Below the pieces are notes generated by a model, which was not told the DNA's origin, did not search any database, and saw nothing but the letters and a program-made list of their open reading frames with translations. The position numbers and the translations under genes were made by a program. A stretch of 63,274 bases of DNA, filler included, from Dirinaria sp. TL-2023a (lineage: Eukaryota), in the NCBI GenBank assembly GCA_051941275.1. It is 10 parts of 10 records of this genome, joined end to end, with 100 filler letters (N's around TTAATTAATTAA, not from the genome) between each part and the next. Parts side by side here need not be neighbours in the genome. Positions count along the whole stretch, not along the records: positions 6,372 to 12,632 come from JAVEBF010001510.1; positions 12,733 to 18,984 come from JAVEBF010001511.1; positions 19,085 to 25,335 come from JAVEBF010001512.1; 7 more parts are not named here. One strand, 5' to 3'. Of this stretch, positions 11,163 through 24,369 are shown in pieces. Position 1 is the first letter of the stretch; each line of letters opens with the position of its first letter.

Positions 11163-11490
11163 GTTGTATTTATTGTAGGGTTGGAATCAAAAACGGGAGA
11201 AAGAGCTGATGGAGGTGAAGTGCAGCAGCAGTCGATGAAAGAAGAAAGATGTGAAGATGGGGCAGGAGGGAACAAGGGTAATCCAATCCGAGGATGGAAG
11301 AGTATGGAGACGCAGGTAAGTAGTGGTAAGGTAGGTAAGGTACCTAAGATAGGTACCTTGTAAGATACCTTACCTTAATATTAAAGTACCTGTTAATTAT
11401 CGAGGGGAAATTTTTGGCGCTGGAGGCGTTTGCTGGGAATTGTCGAGGCCGCGCTTGCAAGTGTGACGAAGGGTTGTGGTTGGGGCGGTG

Positions 11491-11529
11491 GAGTGGACTG
11501 AGAGTGGACTGAGTGGACTGAGTGGACTC
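11491..11529. repeat. Short tandem repeat (GAGTGGACT) x~4 upstream of velB
   Basis: gagtggactgagagtggactgagtggactgagtggactc seen directly. Confidence 0.8.
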
Positions 11530-11972
11530 GGTGGGCTCAGTACTCGGTAGTGGAGTGGGTGTGTGGAGTGGGTGTGTAAGGTATCTATCTCTCTAGTGTG
11601 GAGAAAAGAAAGAGCGATTAGGTATCTACCTGGATTTTTTGTCGTCAACGGCTGCGGGCCCAACAGTAAAGTACTACTGTAATATTATGTATGTACCTTA
11701 CCTATGCCTTTATAAGATAAACTGTCTAAGTGCTAAGAAAGTGGGTGAGATAAGGCAAGGTGGAATGTTGATCTCTAAAAATTTTCTCTTTTCCTTTTTC
11801 TGTTTCTGGCAAGTCTACAGTCGATGAAAATGGTTGAGGGCAGGTTGAGGGCAGGTCGATGGACAGAGCAGGTGTGGGTAAGTCGGTGGGCCAGTTGATC
11901 GCGAGGTTGGTTGGGCTTTGAGGGGACTTTGGGACTGGGGGACTTTTGGCATGTTGCGCCGTTGCGGTGATT

Positions 11973-12011
11973 TTTGCTTTGCTTTGCTTTGCTTTGCTCT
12001 GCTTTGCTCTG
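11973..12011. repeat. (TTTGC)n pentanucleotide microsatellite
   Basis: Seen directly; a similar tract lies at 32210-32242. Confidence 0.85.
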
Positions 12012-12632
12012 CGAGACTGCGTTGCACAGAGCTTAGTTGGAGCTTTTTTGGCTTCGAGATCTGCAATTGCGCGGCTGATTGGCCAGACCTGCGGGGCGAG
12101 GGGCGGTGGTGGGCAGCTGGTGGCTCCTGGCGGCCTCTGGTGGCCTCTGGTGTGCCTGTGGTGGCACTCAAGGAGTCAAGGAGAAGCAAGTGGTCGAACC
12201 CGACAGTCTGGTAACTTTCTCAAGTCGCTCCCAAGGCCTGTGCCCCGGGCACCACCCGTGACTGGGTATCAAGCGGGCAAACCAACACAACCCAAACCCT
12301 GGTCCCCCGGCGATGATGACGGGATTGAAGATTCTTCAGCAAATGGATTCATGGAAGCCGCCCTGATTACTGGTCCAAGGAATCCAAGGGCTGTCAACAA
12401 TTCATGCACGACCCGCTGAGCTGGTGCCGGATCCATCGCGCCGTGATTCGTTCGAGATTGCACATCTCACCCATGCGCCCTTGGATGCAACCCAGAGTGT
12501 GCCATGATGCCATCCACGCTTAAGGTACCAGTTAGGCTGGCCGGATCGCTGGCTGGCTGACCCTGGGTAAGGTACTGTACATGTATGTACTGCACGTCTA
12601 ATGTGTATGTAGAGAGGGGAGGGGGGAAAGGG

Positions 12633-12732
12633 NNNNNNNNNNNNNNNNNNNNNNNNNNNNNNNNNNNNNNNNNNNNTTAATTAATTAANNNNNNNNNNNN
12701 NNNNNNNNNNNNNNNNNNNNNNNNNNNNNNNN
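12633..12732. other. Artificial contig spacer
   Basis: N44-TTAATTAATTAA-N44. Confidence 0.99.
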
Positions 12733-13342
12733 CGTAGCGGGAGCCTAAAAATATGTCCGTCCCGAGATCGACTTCGCTTTCAGTCAGCAAAACTCGGGGT
12801 TGCGTTAGGGTTCGATAGGGCGATGCAACTTCCTCCGGTTCATGGACGAGCACCGTAAGCTACAGTAAGGTAAAGTAGGTGTATCTCCTGGGAACTTCAA
12901 TGCGTATCTTCGGTGCCGATGCTGGGAAGCCATGTCGGTCGGAAAGCTAGAAATAGGGCACGAGTATGTAGAGGGCGGCAGATCCGAGATAGAACTTGCA
13001 TGCTTGCACCGGGTTGTGGGCATGTCTTCCGTTCTGCCCTCGATGATCAGATACCGTGATGGTTGGGTGCAGTGACTGCACAGAGCAGGTATTCCCAGGC
13101 CTCTGCTCGCGGATGAGGTCGTTCCAAATACTCTTTGCAGAGATCATTAATGTCTAGCAAGACACCCTGTCAAGCAAGTCTTTTCCTTTCCTTTCCCACC
13201 CAGGACGAGCCAAGCTCTTAATGCTTTCCCACCCCGAGTCATGTTTCGTACCCATTCCATGCACGCCTCACAACGCCTTGCTCTCCATACCGACCGTGTA
13301 TCGCTTGTATCGCTTACGAATCGCGCCATCGTGGACCACTAT

Positions 13343-14553
13343 TCACCCCTCCCACCGGGTCGTAATCGGCCCCTGCACTTCCGGCCCATCATTCCATTGC
13401 AACTCCAGCTCATCCTCGCCTTTGCCCATGATCAATTGCTTGATATTCAACCGTACACTCTTCACGATGTTAAAGGTATATCCCTTCTTCCGAACCTCTT
13501 TGACCTCGCTCATGTCCCCAAGATCGCTGTCCCGGTTATGCGGCCCCGCCGCTTTATGACTGTCGATGATCTGGGGGAACACGGATAAGCATCGGAAGTC
13601 GGGATCCTTTCGGCACATGTGGTCCAGGCTGAGGTCGAAGGGCGCGTAGCCCTCCCGAGTGGTTTGACGGAGGAGCATTTTCTGAGCGCCGCGGAAAGAG
13701 AGCGCGTAGGCATAAACGCAGAGCCCGCCGCCGCAACGGAAAACGATGCGAGTGGAGTTCGCATACGAGGTCATATTGGGTTTTCCGCCGAAGTTGGCGC
13801 GGTGGTTTCGGGGAGGGACGGCGGGGTCATTGTCGATGACGAAGGCTTGGCTGTCATTGTCTTGTCGCCGAATGCCGCAATGGCCAAGCCAGAGCAGGTC
13901 CCAGTCATCGCCGTACGGGGAATGTGGCTTCTCGGTCGCGGTTTTGGTGGACAAAGCCCGGCTGCCAGCGGCAAAGAGCTCCAATTGCGATTTGAAGGAG
14001 ATGTCCCAGTCCGCGTCGTCCTCGAAGAGTAGGGCTGTGGAAATACGACTTCGGACCACGGTCTGGGCGAAGTTGAGATGAGCTCGCCAGGAGCCGACAC
14101 TCCGATCGCGCGATGCTTTTTTGTTGGGGAGGCCATTGAGACTGGAGAGAGATTTGTTGGGAACTGTGGCGCCATCCACTCCCGGGATGACGGAGAAGGT
14201 GAAGTTAGTGAGCGAGGATGTGAGGAGGAAGGAGTCGAGCTTGTCGGGGCGCTCTGGAAGGTTAAGGATGTAGACTTGTTGGAACTGGCAGAGTCAGGTA
14301 AGCCATTGGTGTTGGCTCAAGTAGGGATAGGGGTCAAACTTACACCTAGAGTGGAGTTGTGGATCGAGGGAAAGCTGGGTGAGATAGGTGTGGCCGGATC
14401 AGCGGCTGTATGGAATGGGTTGGGGGAGGAAGACAAAACGAATTGGGCGTGGTTGCGAGTGTAGTACAGAGTGAGCAGGGAACCGATGATGACGGTGGAT
14501 ATGAGCAGAAGTCGACGGGCTTTCCATATCGATGTGGCATCGTTGGCGAGCAT
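13343..14553 (-). CDS. Glycosyltransferase family 25-like type II membrane protein; intron 14285-14343
   Basis: N-terminal TM anchor (RRLLLISTVIIGSLLTLYY), HNSTLG|FQQVYILNLPERPDKLD, GSWRAHLN, ALLFEDDADWD, SPYGDDWDLLWLGHC, YAYALS. Confidence 0.85.
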
Positions 14554-16731
14554 GTTGAGCGACCACAGCGGGCGTAAGGAAGGAGAGACAGAGATCAAAG
14601 GAAGTGGGTTGAGGTTGAGGGGAGGGGAGGGGGATGTTGTAGGAAAGAATGGATACTAGATGAAACGAATCCACCGAGGAGAATTGAGGTAATGCATTGG
14701 TACTACTGTAGAGGAAGGACAAGATCAGCTGATAAAAAGGAGCACCTGTTGATGAGGAGGGTATGGTGGTGTGTGTGTTGTGTGAGAGCGTGTATGGGGT
14801 GGATGGAAAAGGTCAGGTACAGTAAGATAAGATACTTGTATGTGAGTGAGTACGAGTACGAGTATCTTACGACTGCCAAGGTTGCAAGAATGACGTGAGC
14901 CACCGGCGCTGACTTCCTCAAGATACCAAGATAACAAGATACCGAGATACCGAGATATCTTACCTTACCTACCTCACGTACCTCACTTTTGATTCGCCGT
15001 ATTAAAAATTGGCAGTGTTTTACCTTTTCCATGTGAAGATGTGAATTTGTCCCTGGTTCAATTGCCCGGCTCCTGAGCTCGTTCTCGTGTTGCCGCCACT
15101 CATTATCATTGTTGGTTGGTCCTCATCGCAGGACGGGATCTGACTGGAAGCTGGACACACCAAGCGGCATTGATAATATCGCAATCATCCAATCCCCAGC
15201 CCGCTTTGGCATGCGTGCGCCTGCAAGCCGCGCGAAATGATCAATCGAAGGAAATCCCGATCAGGAAAATCACCCCAGCAATTCGCTTGCGAGTGGCCGT
15301 GCGGACTGATAGATGATACGTCGTGATGATAAAACCAAAGAGCTTGTCCTCACCCTTACTTACCTCGCACAGATGGTGTAGCCCCGATCTCTCCTCTCTT
15401 CCATCGTACTGACCTGACCATATTGTTGCATCCTCTGCTTGCAGCCATAACGCTGCAAGCCGTCTCACTGTGCCCCGGCCCCAGCACCTCGATCGACAAA
15501 CCCCCCAGCGAACAGGCTTGCGGGCATGCACACCATCGATGTGCGCTAATAGGCTGTGAGTATCATTCGAGTCGCATAAGCACAAGGATGATGATTCCCC
15601 ATGAAAGTCTGGGGTGGGGGGAAACCAGCATAAGATAAGAACATCTTTTGCGACCGCCACTAGCCCCGCCAGAAAGGGGGCCCCCGAAGAATTGCGACCG
15701 TGGGCTGCTAGACGGCTAGGCGCCTGCATGCTGCATTTTTAGCCATGGGAAAAGGATGTGAGAATGGGATGAAGCGCTCAACTTCTGCCACAATGTGGTC
15801 GAGCAAGCAATCATAGTAAAGAGATCAAACGAAGAACGGGGACGGGAGAAGTTGGTTTAAGAATAGTTCGACCTCAGTGCCACATTCCTGGGGGAACGGT
15901 CGGCCTATCACTGATGCGGGTGATGCGGCGCTGTGTGGCACATTGCATGTAGCTCTGACAGCAAGTCGCCTTGGCCGCATCATTTTAGTGAGGGATGGGA
16001 GCAACAAGGTGCCTTAGGGTGCCAACACCGAGTATTATTCCTCCTCCTCAGGAATAATAATTTTTGCTCAAGGTACAGATACCTCATCACTCTACTACCA
16101 CGGCTGCCTACAGTAGGTACACACGTGCTAGCGTTACGGTAGTTACTACTTCACAGACGACTGCGGTCAGTCTTTAGCGAGCAAAGCCGCACCACTATGA
16201 TCTCCCGGGCGACTGACTGCTGATCGCACCAGTGACATCGACCGCGCTAGCCACGATTTATCGCGTCGTCATCTGTAGCAAGTAGGTACGAAGTACTTTG
16301 AATTTAAATTAAAAAAAAAAAAAAAAAAAAATTTAATTAAAAGAACATTATTCTCTCTTATAAATGATATTGTGGTCCCTTTTGGCCTATGTAAATCTTG
16401 ACGGTCGATCTTCTCTCTGTTCAGCGCCTCCTGGAGGCCACCAAAATGTCCTACTAGAGGGTTTCCGTCCCCCTGCAACGCCTCTATTGCAGCCCTCCCA
16501 AATTAGACAGTCTCGGAGCACTATTGGATTTTACTCGCACGAAAGCCTTCCAGAGGCTCTCGTTCCCCATACCGGCTCATTATTAAAGCTGTGGGTAGCC
16601 AAGCCATTGCGTCTTTCAAACTGGCGCTGTTGGACTAGTCGCGAGTAATTAATACAAAGTGGCTATGTTAATTGAGACTTCAGGTAGCTGGACATCACTG
16701 ACCTTCGGATTCAATAGTACAAAGACCAGAG

Positions 16732-17841
16732 TCACGAGTAGGGCCGAACCTGCTCCTCACTCCATTCCCAGAATTTCCTCGCATGGCCATTGCCACCCTC
16801 GGTCTCTGGCTTGATTGCATCTAACAAACCTTCGCGGATAGGGTGTGGTCGGCCCCATGGAACCACTAGAGTGGTGGTTGCCCACGAGTCAGTCGACATG
16901 CATCAAGCACAAACGGCAATGGCAGACAACTGACCCCATTTTCCAGTGTCCTTGATTGTAATGGTAGGCGAAAGACCAGTGTACAACTCGGTGTAAGCAC
17001 CAAAAACAGGGGGGAACAACGCAAGTGCGCTGAGTGCAGCCTTGAAAATCCATCCGCCGTCGCGGTATAGATCGGAGCGAAGATGGCCCGGATTGCAGGG
17101 GACGCTGATCACCCCGTCGGCCTCGTATCGCTTGGCAAACTCAACCCCGTGAAGCCAGTTGCCAGCTTTGGTCACGCCATATCTCTACAGGGGCGACAGC
17201 AAGGGCCAGTAGCTCAGGTAATTAGTGGTGATGCCATGTGACTTTTCGCCGGTCTCTGTTCCTAGCGAACAGACCCAGACCACGCGGACGGTATTGGCTG
17301 GCTCAGAACCGGCCTTGGCAGTGGCCACAAGGATGGGCGTGAGGAGTTGTGTGAAGAGGAAGGGTCCCATGACGTTGACGCCGAAGTGCCACTCGTAGCC
17401 TTGAGCAGTCTTGGTGGAGCCGTCATTCTGCAGCGCTTGGACGGCGGCGTTGTTGAAGAGCACATGGAGCTTGCTCTCTCGCGCAGTGAAGCGCTCGACG
17501 GCGGGCTTGATGGTGGTCAAGTCGGCGAGGTCGAGATAGAGGAAGGTCAGAGAGCCCTTGGACTGCGGCCACGCCTGTTGAATATCGGCAATGGCGTGCT
17601 TGGCTTTGTCCTGCGAGCGGGCCGCCATGTAGACGCTGGCATTCTTGGAGTAGAGGATCTGCGCGACCTCCTTGCCGACGCCGGTGTTGGAGCCGGTGAC
17701 GATGTAAACTTTTCCCGTCAGGTCAGGCACGTCCTGCTCGGTGAAGGCGGGCTTGGGAGGGTACATCTGGGTCCAAATGCTGGACCATGGCAGCCTCGGC
17801 GGTTTAGCAGGACGTTGCGGTGGTATGGCTGTGGTACTCAT
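16732..17841 (-). pseudogene. Short-chain dehydrogenase/reductase (retinol-DH/WWOX-like) with one in-frame TAG at 17187-17185; 3' intron near 16866-16933
   Basis: IVTGSNTGVGKE Rossmann motif, LFNNAA, ...LSPL*RYGVTKAGN (YxxxK follows the stop in the same frame), NPGHLRSDL, spliced end VPWGR...KFWEWSEEQVRPYS*. Confidence 0.75.
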
Positions 17842-18984
17842 ACTAAGATATTTCCTAGGTAATCGCCAGTGTAAATAGATGGGCGGAGTCAGATTGAAGG
17901 CTGGAAAAGGGGGAGTGAGACAGTACATAAAGACTGGAGGATTCAGATCTTAGTCGTCGTCCTGTTTGTTGCGGGGCTTGACTCCTCACGCGCGTACTGC
18001 CTTGCAAAACGCTCGTACTCTAAGTATGCTTCTTCCTAAGCTCGAAACAGATTTAGGGAGGCGGTTGAAATCATACCTCGGCGCGTTTGTCATGCCGTGG
18101 CCATCATGAGGTGGGCGGTTTCATTGGTGCAAGAATGACACTGGTGAAGTCACATCTGAAGTAATCTGCCACTAGCAGAAGCCATCTATCTTCTGCAAGA
18201 TAGAAGTGAAGGACATCAGTGCAATGACCTAGATGCTGAACATAGTAAGATTACCTTCTCTACACTACATTAGGTAGAGTGTAGGTACGGAGTTGGTAGG
18301 GAGCAAATGCTGAGCGCATAATTATTGGGTCAAGTAAATCGAGATCTCTACCTCGGTAAAATCATTCAAACGGCCCGGCCCGGCCCGACACTACTTTCCT
18401 CAGACCCTGGAACAACCCTAAGTATCATAATGTATTTGACAGGAAGAGTTGTGGCAATACTTGTCGACGCGAACTAGAATTAAGATACGTAGGAAGGAAG
18501 AGCCGTCGCTTTTGCTTCGCAAGCAATTGCTTCGCAACTTGGTAACATTCTACTAGTATTCGGACTAGGAATCCGACACGATCTTGTTAAAAAGGCAAAC
18601 GGAAAATCAAAAGAAACCGCGAAATCAAATTAATGTCTAAAGCAAGCTAAGCTAAGCACGATTTGTCCTTCGTGGAATTTGTTTTTGATACTATGTATAA
18701 GCTAGCAAGAGAACCCTGCTTCGCTAAACAAACCCATGATCGCGATCGACCTTATGCTTTTCATCGTCAAGAACCCGTTGCCCACGGATCGCTAGAAAAC
18801 AAATCGTCAGTCGAATTGCTAAACGAAGGGAAAAGAGAAGAGAGAGGGGGAGAGAGGAGAGCACATACAACCCACACACATGGTTCCATCAGCGCAGAAA
18901 CACCGCCACGAATGCATCTTGTGCCACCAAATTCGCCCACAAACGACCGCAACCATCGGCGTTGATGGCATTTAGTGTTAGGGG

Positions 18985-19084
18985 NNNNNNNNNNNNNNNN
19001 NNNNNNNNNNNNNNNNNNNNNNNNNNNNTTAATTAATTAANNNNNNNNNNNNNNNNNNNNNNNNNNNNNNNNNNNNNNNNNNNN
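18985..19084. other. Artificial contig spacer
   Basis: N44-TTAATTAATTAA-N44. Confidence 0.99.
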
Positions 19085-21618
19085 AACCGAGGCAGCACTC
19101 TTTAAGTTTTTAACTTCCAGGTCAAATCCAGCACCCACAAACCACTCACTCACAAAGAGATTTTACCTAATCCCCGAGAGAAAGAACCTTACCCAGCAAA
19201 GAATCGGTTAATGAAAGTAGCCCGATATTCGAGACCCGCCGTATTCCGACCAAGCAAACCTCGCATCACGCATCTTGCCCGGCATCCCAGGCTCATATCC
19301 TAAGCCTAAGGTGTCTTTCCTTATGACTGAGTCAGCCGACATCGCTTCTTTGAGATGCTAACAGACACTAAAGAACAGGGACTCTGATTTAGAGTCCGTA
19401 TCAACGATCTTGAAGAACCAGATGCGCAGGATCTAAGGGAGTGTGTAAAAGACGTAAAAGGACACAGGTGGAAAAGATAATGTGAGGAACCTGGAGAGAA
19501 GTCGCGGAGTTGTCCAGTGTGTCTAGATACGCGTAGCTAGAAGTGTAGAACCCAGAAGATCAAGGGAGTGTTTCGTAAAGCGTAACTCGATATTACTATT
19601 TGGTTAGTACTAAGGTGCCCCGTTGGCGCACCTCTGCCTTCCGGGACAAAGGGTTTTCTAACTTTTGAAAAAAAGAACATATCGCAGGTTTTCAAAGTTA
19701 AATTACCAATCCTGAAATGTGTGGAGTTGATGTGGCTCTGAGGAGAAAAAGCAAATTACACAGAAAATCACAAATGACGTAGATCGAGTACAAAATAAAA
19801 TGCAATAGATGGCAGGGTTTTGACCTTACATTTGTGAGATAAGTAATCCATGCAAAATGAGGTCTGTCTTAAGCCATTCATAAGAGGGCCACAAGAAGAA
19901 AGAATTCACCATCGCAACTCAACTGCCTAAATCTTTATCAGCAGTTCACAGCTCCAAGGTACCAAGATCTTCGAACCCTTCATTCGCTTTTAAAGTGAGT
20001 CTCAAATAGTGTGTGCGCGCTGTGTGTCCTTAGTTTTTATTCTTTCGATATGTCACATAGTAAGTCTTAGCTTAGAGATTCTGGCGCTCTCCGCCCCAAA
20101 CACCCGGGCCCCCAAAAAAACTTTTTTGAGGCTTTAATTCGGGAGCACCCCATTTTTGGAGGAGAGAAAATGTAGGGGACTTGGCGTGAACCAGATATAT
20201 ACAAGAGGGAATTTACCTCCCTTGCCTTATGCGTGGATGTGCTTGGTAGTCGAATGACTCTTCGATCGGTCTCAAGCGTCATTTGCCTGGGAATGCCAAG
20301 CTCAAGGAGATATTCGTCTTGAAATGATGCTCCGAAAGACAAGGCTGAAGAGAATATTGACGAGTACGATAACGTGATTCTCTTTCAAAGAATCGAATTC
20401 GAAGGCAAGAAGGAGCGAGCAAACACACGAATACCGTATCAACGATGTCCTGTGTCTTTTCCACAAGTCTCAATCTGCTTTTCTTCACTGCACCGTTCCT
20501 CTTTGCATGCTACTCCTTTTATTCTGCTGGAGGAGCTACATTGATATCGTTGAGGGAGCCATCTTATAATCCTGTCTGTGTATCGAATGCCTAAGAGAGA
20601 GCTACACTAGGGAGTGATCATGTTAATAGTAGAGAAGGAGCGGACATAGAATAATTTGATTCCTTGCGGACGTTGGAAAACCTAGATTGGAGGGCGCTGT
20701 TAGCGGTGAAATCAGCGAGCGGAGGTTATAAAAGTCGTATCTAGCTTCTAAGCTTAATACCAATGTCGACGAAGTGGTGCGGGTACTCTGCTTTAGACTT
20801 TGCACTTTCAATGCGGACCAGTCACTGTAAGAGCGAACTCTCCCGGAGCCGGCAGTGTCTCTATGCTTTTCTCCGCCGCCTTTCGCTCCGAGAGTAAAGA
20901 GGGTTATCGTAGTCGATTAGGGTGGAATGCTTAGCCGCGCCCTCAGCCCTATCACTTTCGTGATCCGAGTCAAGATTTGATCGTCGACGCCTTCAGCGTC
21001 TTAGGAGATTAAAGTGGAGATGGGTGTTTAATTCGGTGTGTTCGAGAGCCCGATGTACGAGAATAATTGTCGGCGCTTTCGTGCTTCCACATTACCTGGG
21101 GACGATGATTTGAAAAGACCTTTGCACGCAAATGAAATGCCGGGTCGCCGAGGATGGCTCTATATATATTCGTCTTCTCAAGCCTCCGCGAAAGCAGTTC
21201 AAGTCGAATACATGTTTGATCTGTTTTTGATAATGATTGAACAAAGAGAAGATACAAACACTTTGTGGCAATTGGAAAATCCCGGATTTCCAAGTCTTGG
21301 CAAGAAGCTCTCCGCTTCTGCAAGGTACGGTTTCTTCGAGTAACCGCCACGCATTATTCAGGATTTGAGCCTCTTGTCGGCTTCAGCGCAGGCTTCATTA
21401 CATAGGGATATCCTTGCGACGCTTAAGGAAGCTCCGAGCATTTATGGGAGCCAAGCGTTTGCGTCAGCAGCGCCGCGCGGGCTCCAATAACTGCAATAAT
21501 CACCGTCTCAGCTCCTTCCGACCTTCCGCGATCCTACATCTACGGATGTCACTTTAAGAATCGTCAGCCCCCCGCCGAAGATCTTTCTTGGAATCGCGAA
21601 GCCGTGATTTCCATCGAT

Positions 21619-24369
21619 ATGGACAAGCCCTCCAAGCGTATCTCCTCCCTCTTCTCCCTCAGTTCCGTCAACAGCAACACTTCATCAAAAAGCGGCAGTA
21701 GCAGCAATGTAGGCTCCATGGCCCCGCCTCCGAAGAAGCCATCTCGAGATGCAAGCCCAGCAAGACAGCCGCAGCTGTATTCAGATATACGTGCTTATGC
21801 TTCGACTCCCAACCTCAGGAACTTTTCAACACCTACTCACTTCTCGCCCGCGATGACGCCATCTTTCGATCCTGTCCGCCCATCAACTCCAAATGACGCT
21901 GGTTCTACGTTACCGCCGCTCGAGACGCTCAAGCCGCTCCCGAATCGGCTCGAGTCCCCCGGGTCAAGTAGGCCAGGCAGTAGGGCCAGTAGCAGAGGTG
22001 CCAGCAGGCCGGCCTCGCCTCCAAGGTTTCGACCGTTGACACCTACACACGAATCAAAGCAGTTGACGAAGCGAAAGAGTTGGCTACCAGGACGTTCCCG
22101 GCCAGGTACAAGAGATGGTGAAGGTGCGTTTAGTATGCCACAAGCATGGATTGTCACCACGGTTCCACAAGAGAAGAGCGTATACGATCCTACGCTTCTG
22201 GCAACATTCCAAAAGGTAGGTTAGGAAGGGCTGCTGAAGACTCTGCTTGTAGTAACGCACTAACCTTTCTAGGTGCCGGAGCTATGGGATGAAAGCGGCG
22301 ATACATATATTTACCTTCATGGCCGAGACCATGCTCGAGGGCCCTCTTTTAAGATTGGTTCTGCTGCCTACTCATCTTCCCGAAAGTTATCTACTTTGGC
22401 TTATGGTGGTGTTCCAAAGCAACACTTGCACAGTTTATCGGAGGATGGACATGATCGCAACACGGACTTCAAAGACCGGATGCAAAACATGTCCCTGAGC
22501 CCGATCGTGCAGTCTCCAAGGTCGGCCCGGCCAGGATCATCTAGGGCGAGCTCCTATGGGTCTCGAAATATAAGTGACTCCTTCGATCAGCCAAAGCTCG
22601 ATATCCACTTATCCCTTCCGCAACCTTTGCAAGCGGATATGTCAGTTGCCGACTCTCGTCTCACGACCGAAGATGTTGAAACATTACTTGCCGTACGAAA
22701 CGTCTTTGCATTTCTTACGGACCGGCCATTGGTGGCAACCAACAAATACCCTTCTGTATTCGCTATCTTCCTGAGGATTGCCGATATTCTGCAGCGATAT
22801 GAATTTAGCAATTTGGATGGCTCAACGCTTGGAGAAGAAGTCGAGACTAACTTTAAAAGCGTCATCGAAGAGTTCAGGCTTGCAGATGTGAGAGTAAGCC
22901 GAGAAAAGACCATCGAAGCCGTCGTACTTGGCGAGAGAATGCGTTCATGGGAACTATACAATGAAGGCTTCGTGCATCTCGTAGGGAAATATGATGAAGT
23001 TATCGGACTGAAGAGCAACAAATATCATTTGGTCACTGAACTTACACGCAAACGGATGGAACGTGCTACATTGGATCTTGCCACGCGATTGAGCAACGTT
23101 CGTACCAGACTCGAGACTTTCGACTTCCCATCACTATTTGCGGGAAGTGCAAATTCGAAAACGAGTGACGACAGTAAGCTCATCCGCTTCAAAGCGTGGA
23201 AAGCCTCATTTGTTGCTATGCGAAGGCACGTCATCAGCCTTTATAAGCAACGTTACGGTGCGTGGCCACCGAGCGCCAGATCAAAAAAGAACAATTTTGA
23301 GGAAAGCGGATTGAACCGAGTGCTACTCCTCGAGCTCTACCAAGATTTCTCAGACCTCTATGACACATTGGTAGATCGCTCATCAATCACGTCTCGCTCC
23401 ATGGAAGTGCCTTCACACGACACCCTCGACTCTGCAGATCCGGAAGAACCTACACCGCGGGCCCTTCGTAGACTTATGAGCGAGTATGATCGCAGTACGC
23501 CCCCGGTCCAGCCCCCTGTACCCTATGACACTCCCCTCCTCCCGTCTCTTGCATCCACACGACGAGACTTCAGCACTCTTAACCCAAAGAAGCAGAAAAA
23601 GGAAAGCATGAAGAAGCTCCGCGACGATGAGATCAACCAATGTCTGATGCAGTCTTACAACCGCGAGTCCATCAAAGCGACACCGTTCCTCCAAGCCTTC
23701 ATGGCCTTTGAACGACGTGCCGCTCACGGGAAATCCATCGAAGAGATGGCCGAGCTACGCAATGGCCAGTGGATCTTCATGTACGCCGTACTGCAGTCTC
23801 TACCCCTCATCGTCATCGACGCGCCCGGCATCCGCTGGACCAAAGGCGTGGAGTATTTCCTCTGCGAGGTTCCCAAAGGCGCCATACCATGGAGCAAAGA
23901 AGCGCACAAGGCCACCAAAAACTGGTACGGCATCGCCGGCGGGACGGGCCTGGTGAGCCTGCCCAGCGACGTCGTCGAGCACAGCGTCGAGGGTATCTAC
24001 CGCCGCAGCCACTGCTGGGAGGTAGCGCAGAAATGGGGCTCCGGGGGCGGCGGCGACGGCGTCAACAACACCGAGCAGTACGACTTCGGAGCCAGCCCCA
24101 CCTCGCAGCCGTCGATGCCGTATTATGAAAACGACTTGGGAGATCTCCCGGCCCCACCGCCCTTGCTGCCCGGCAGCGGCCCGGCTTCAAGGTCCAGCTC
24201 GCCGGGAGCACGGAGTAACAGGGACTCGATGAATATCGGGCTCGAGGCCCTGCCGTTGCCGGCCGGCGTGGCGCCTAATGGGTCCAGGCCGTCGTCGATG
24301 TATGATCCTACCAAAAGTTTCGATGCGATCCTTGGGCCGAGTACGCCGAAGGGGAAAAAGAAACGGTGA
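21619..24369 (+). CDS. Conserved fungal protein of unknown function (DUF8004-like); intron 22216-22272
   Basis: Ser/Pro-rich exon 1 spliced (AAG|GTAGGT..CTAAC..TAG|) to a 698-codon exon with PELWDESGDT...GPSFKI, RNVFAFL, YNEGFVHLVG, YKQRYGAWPP, RNGQWIFMYAVLQ. Confidence 0.8.

Noticed and set aside
12733..13340. Short minus-strand ORFs downstream of GT25
   Set aside because: Could not be assembled into a credible gene or pseudogene.
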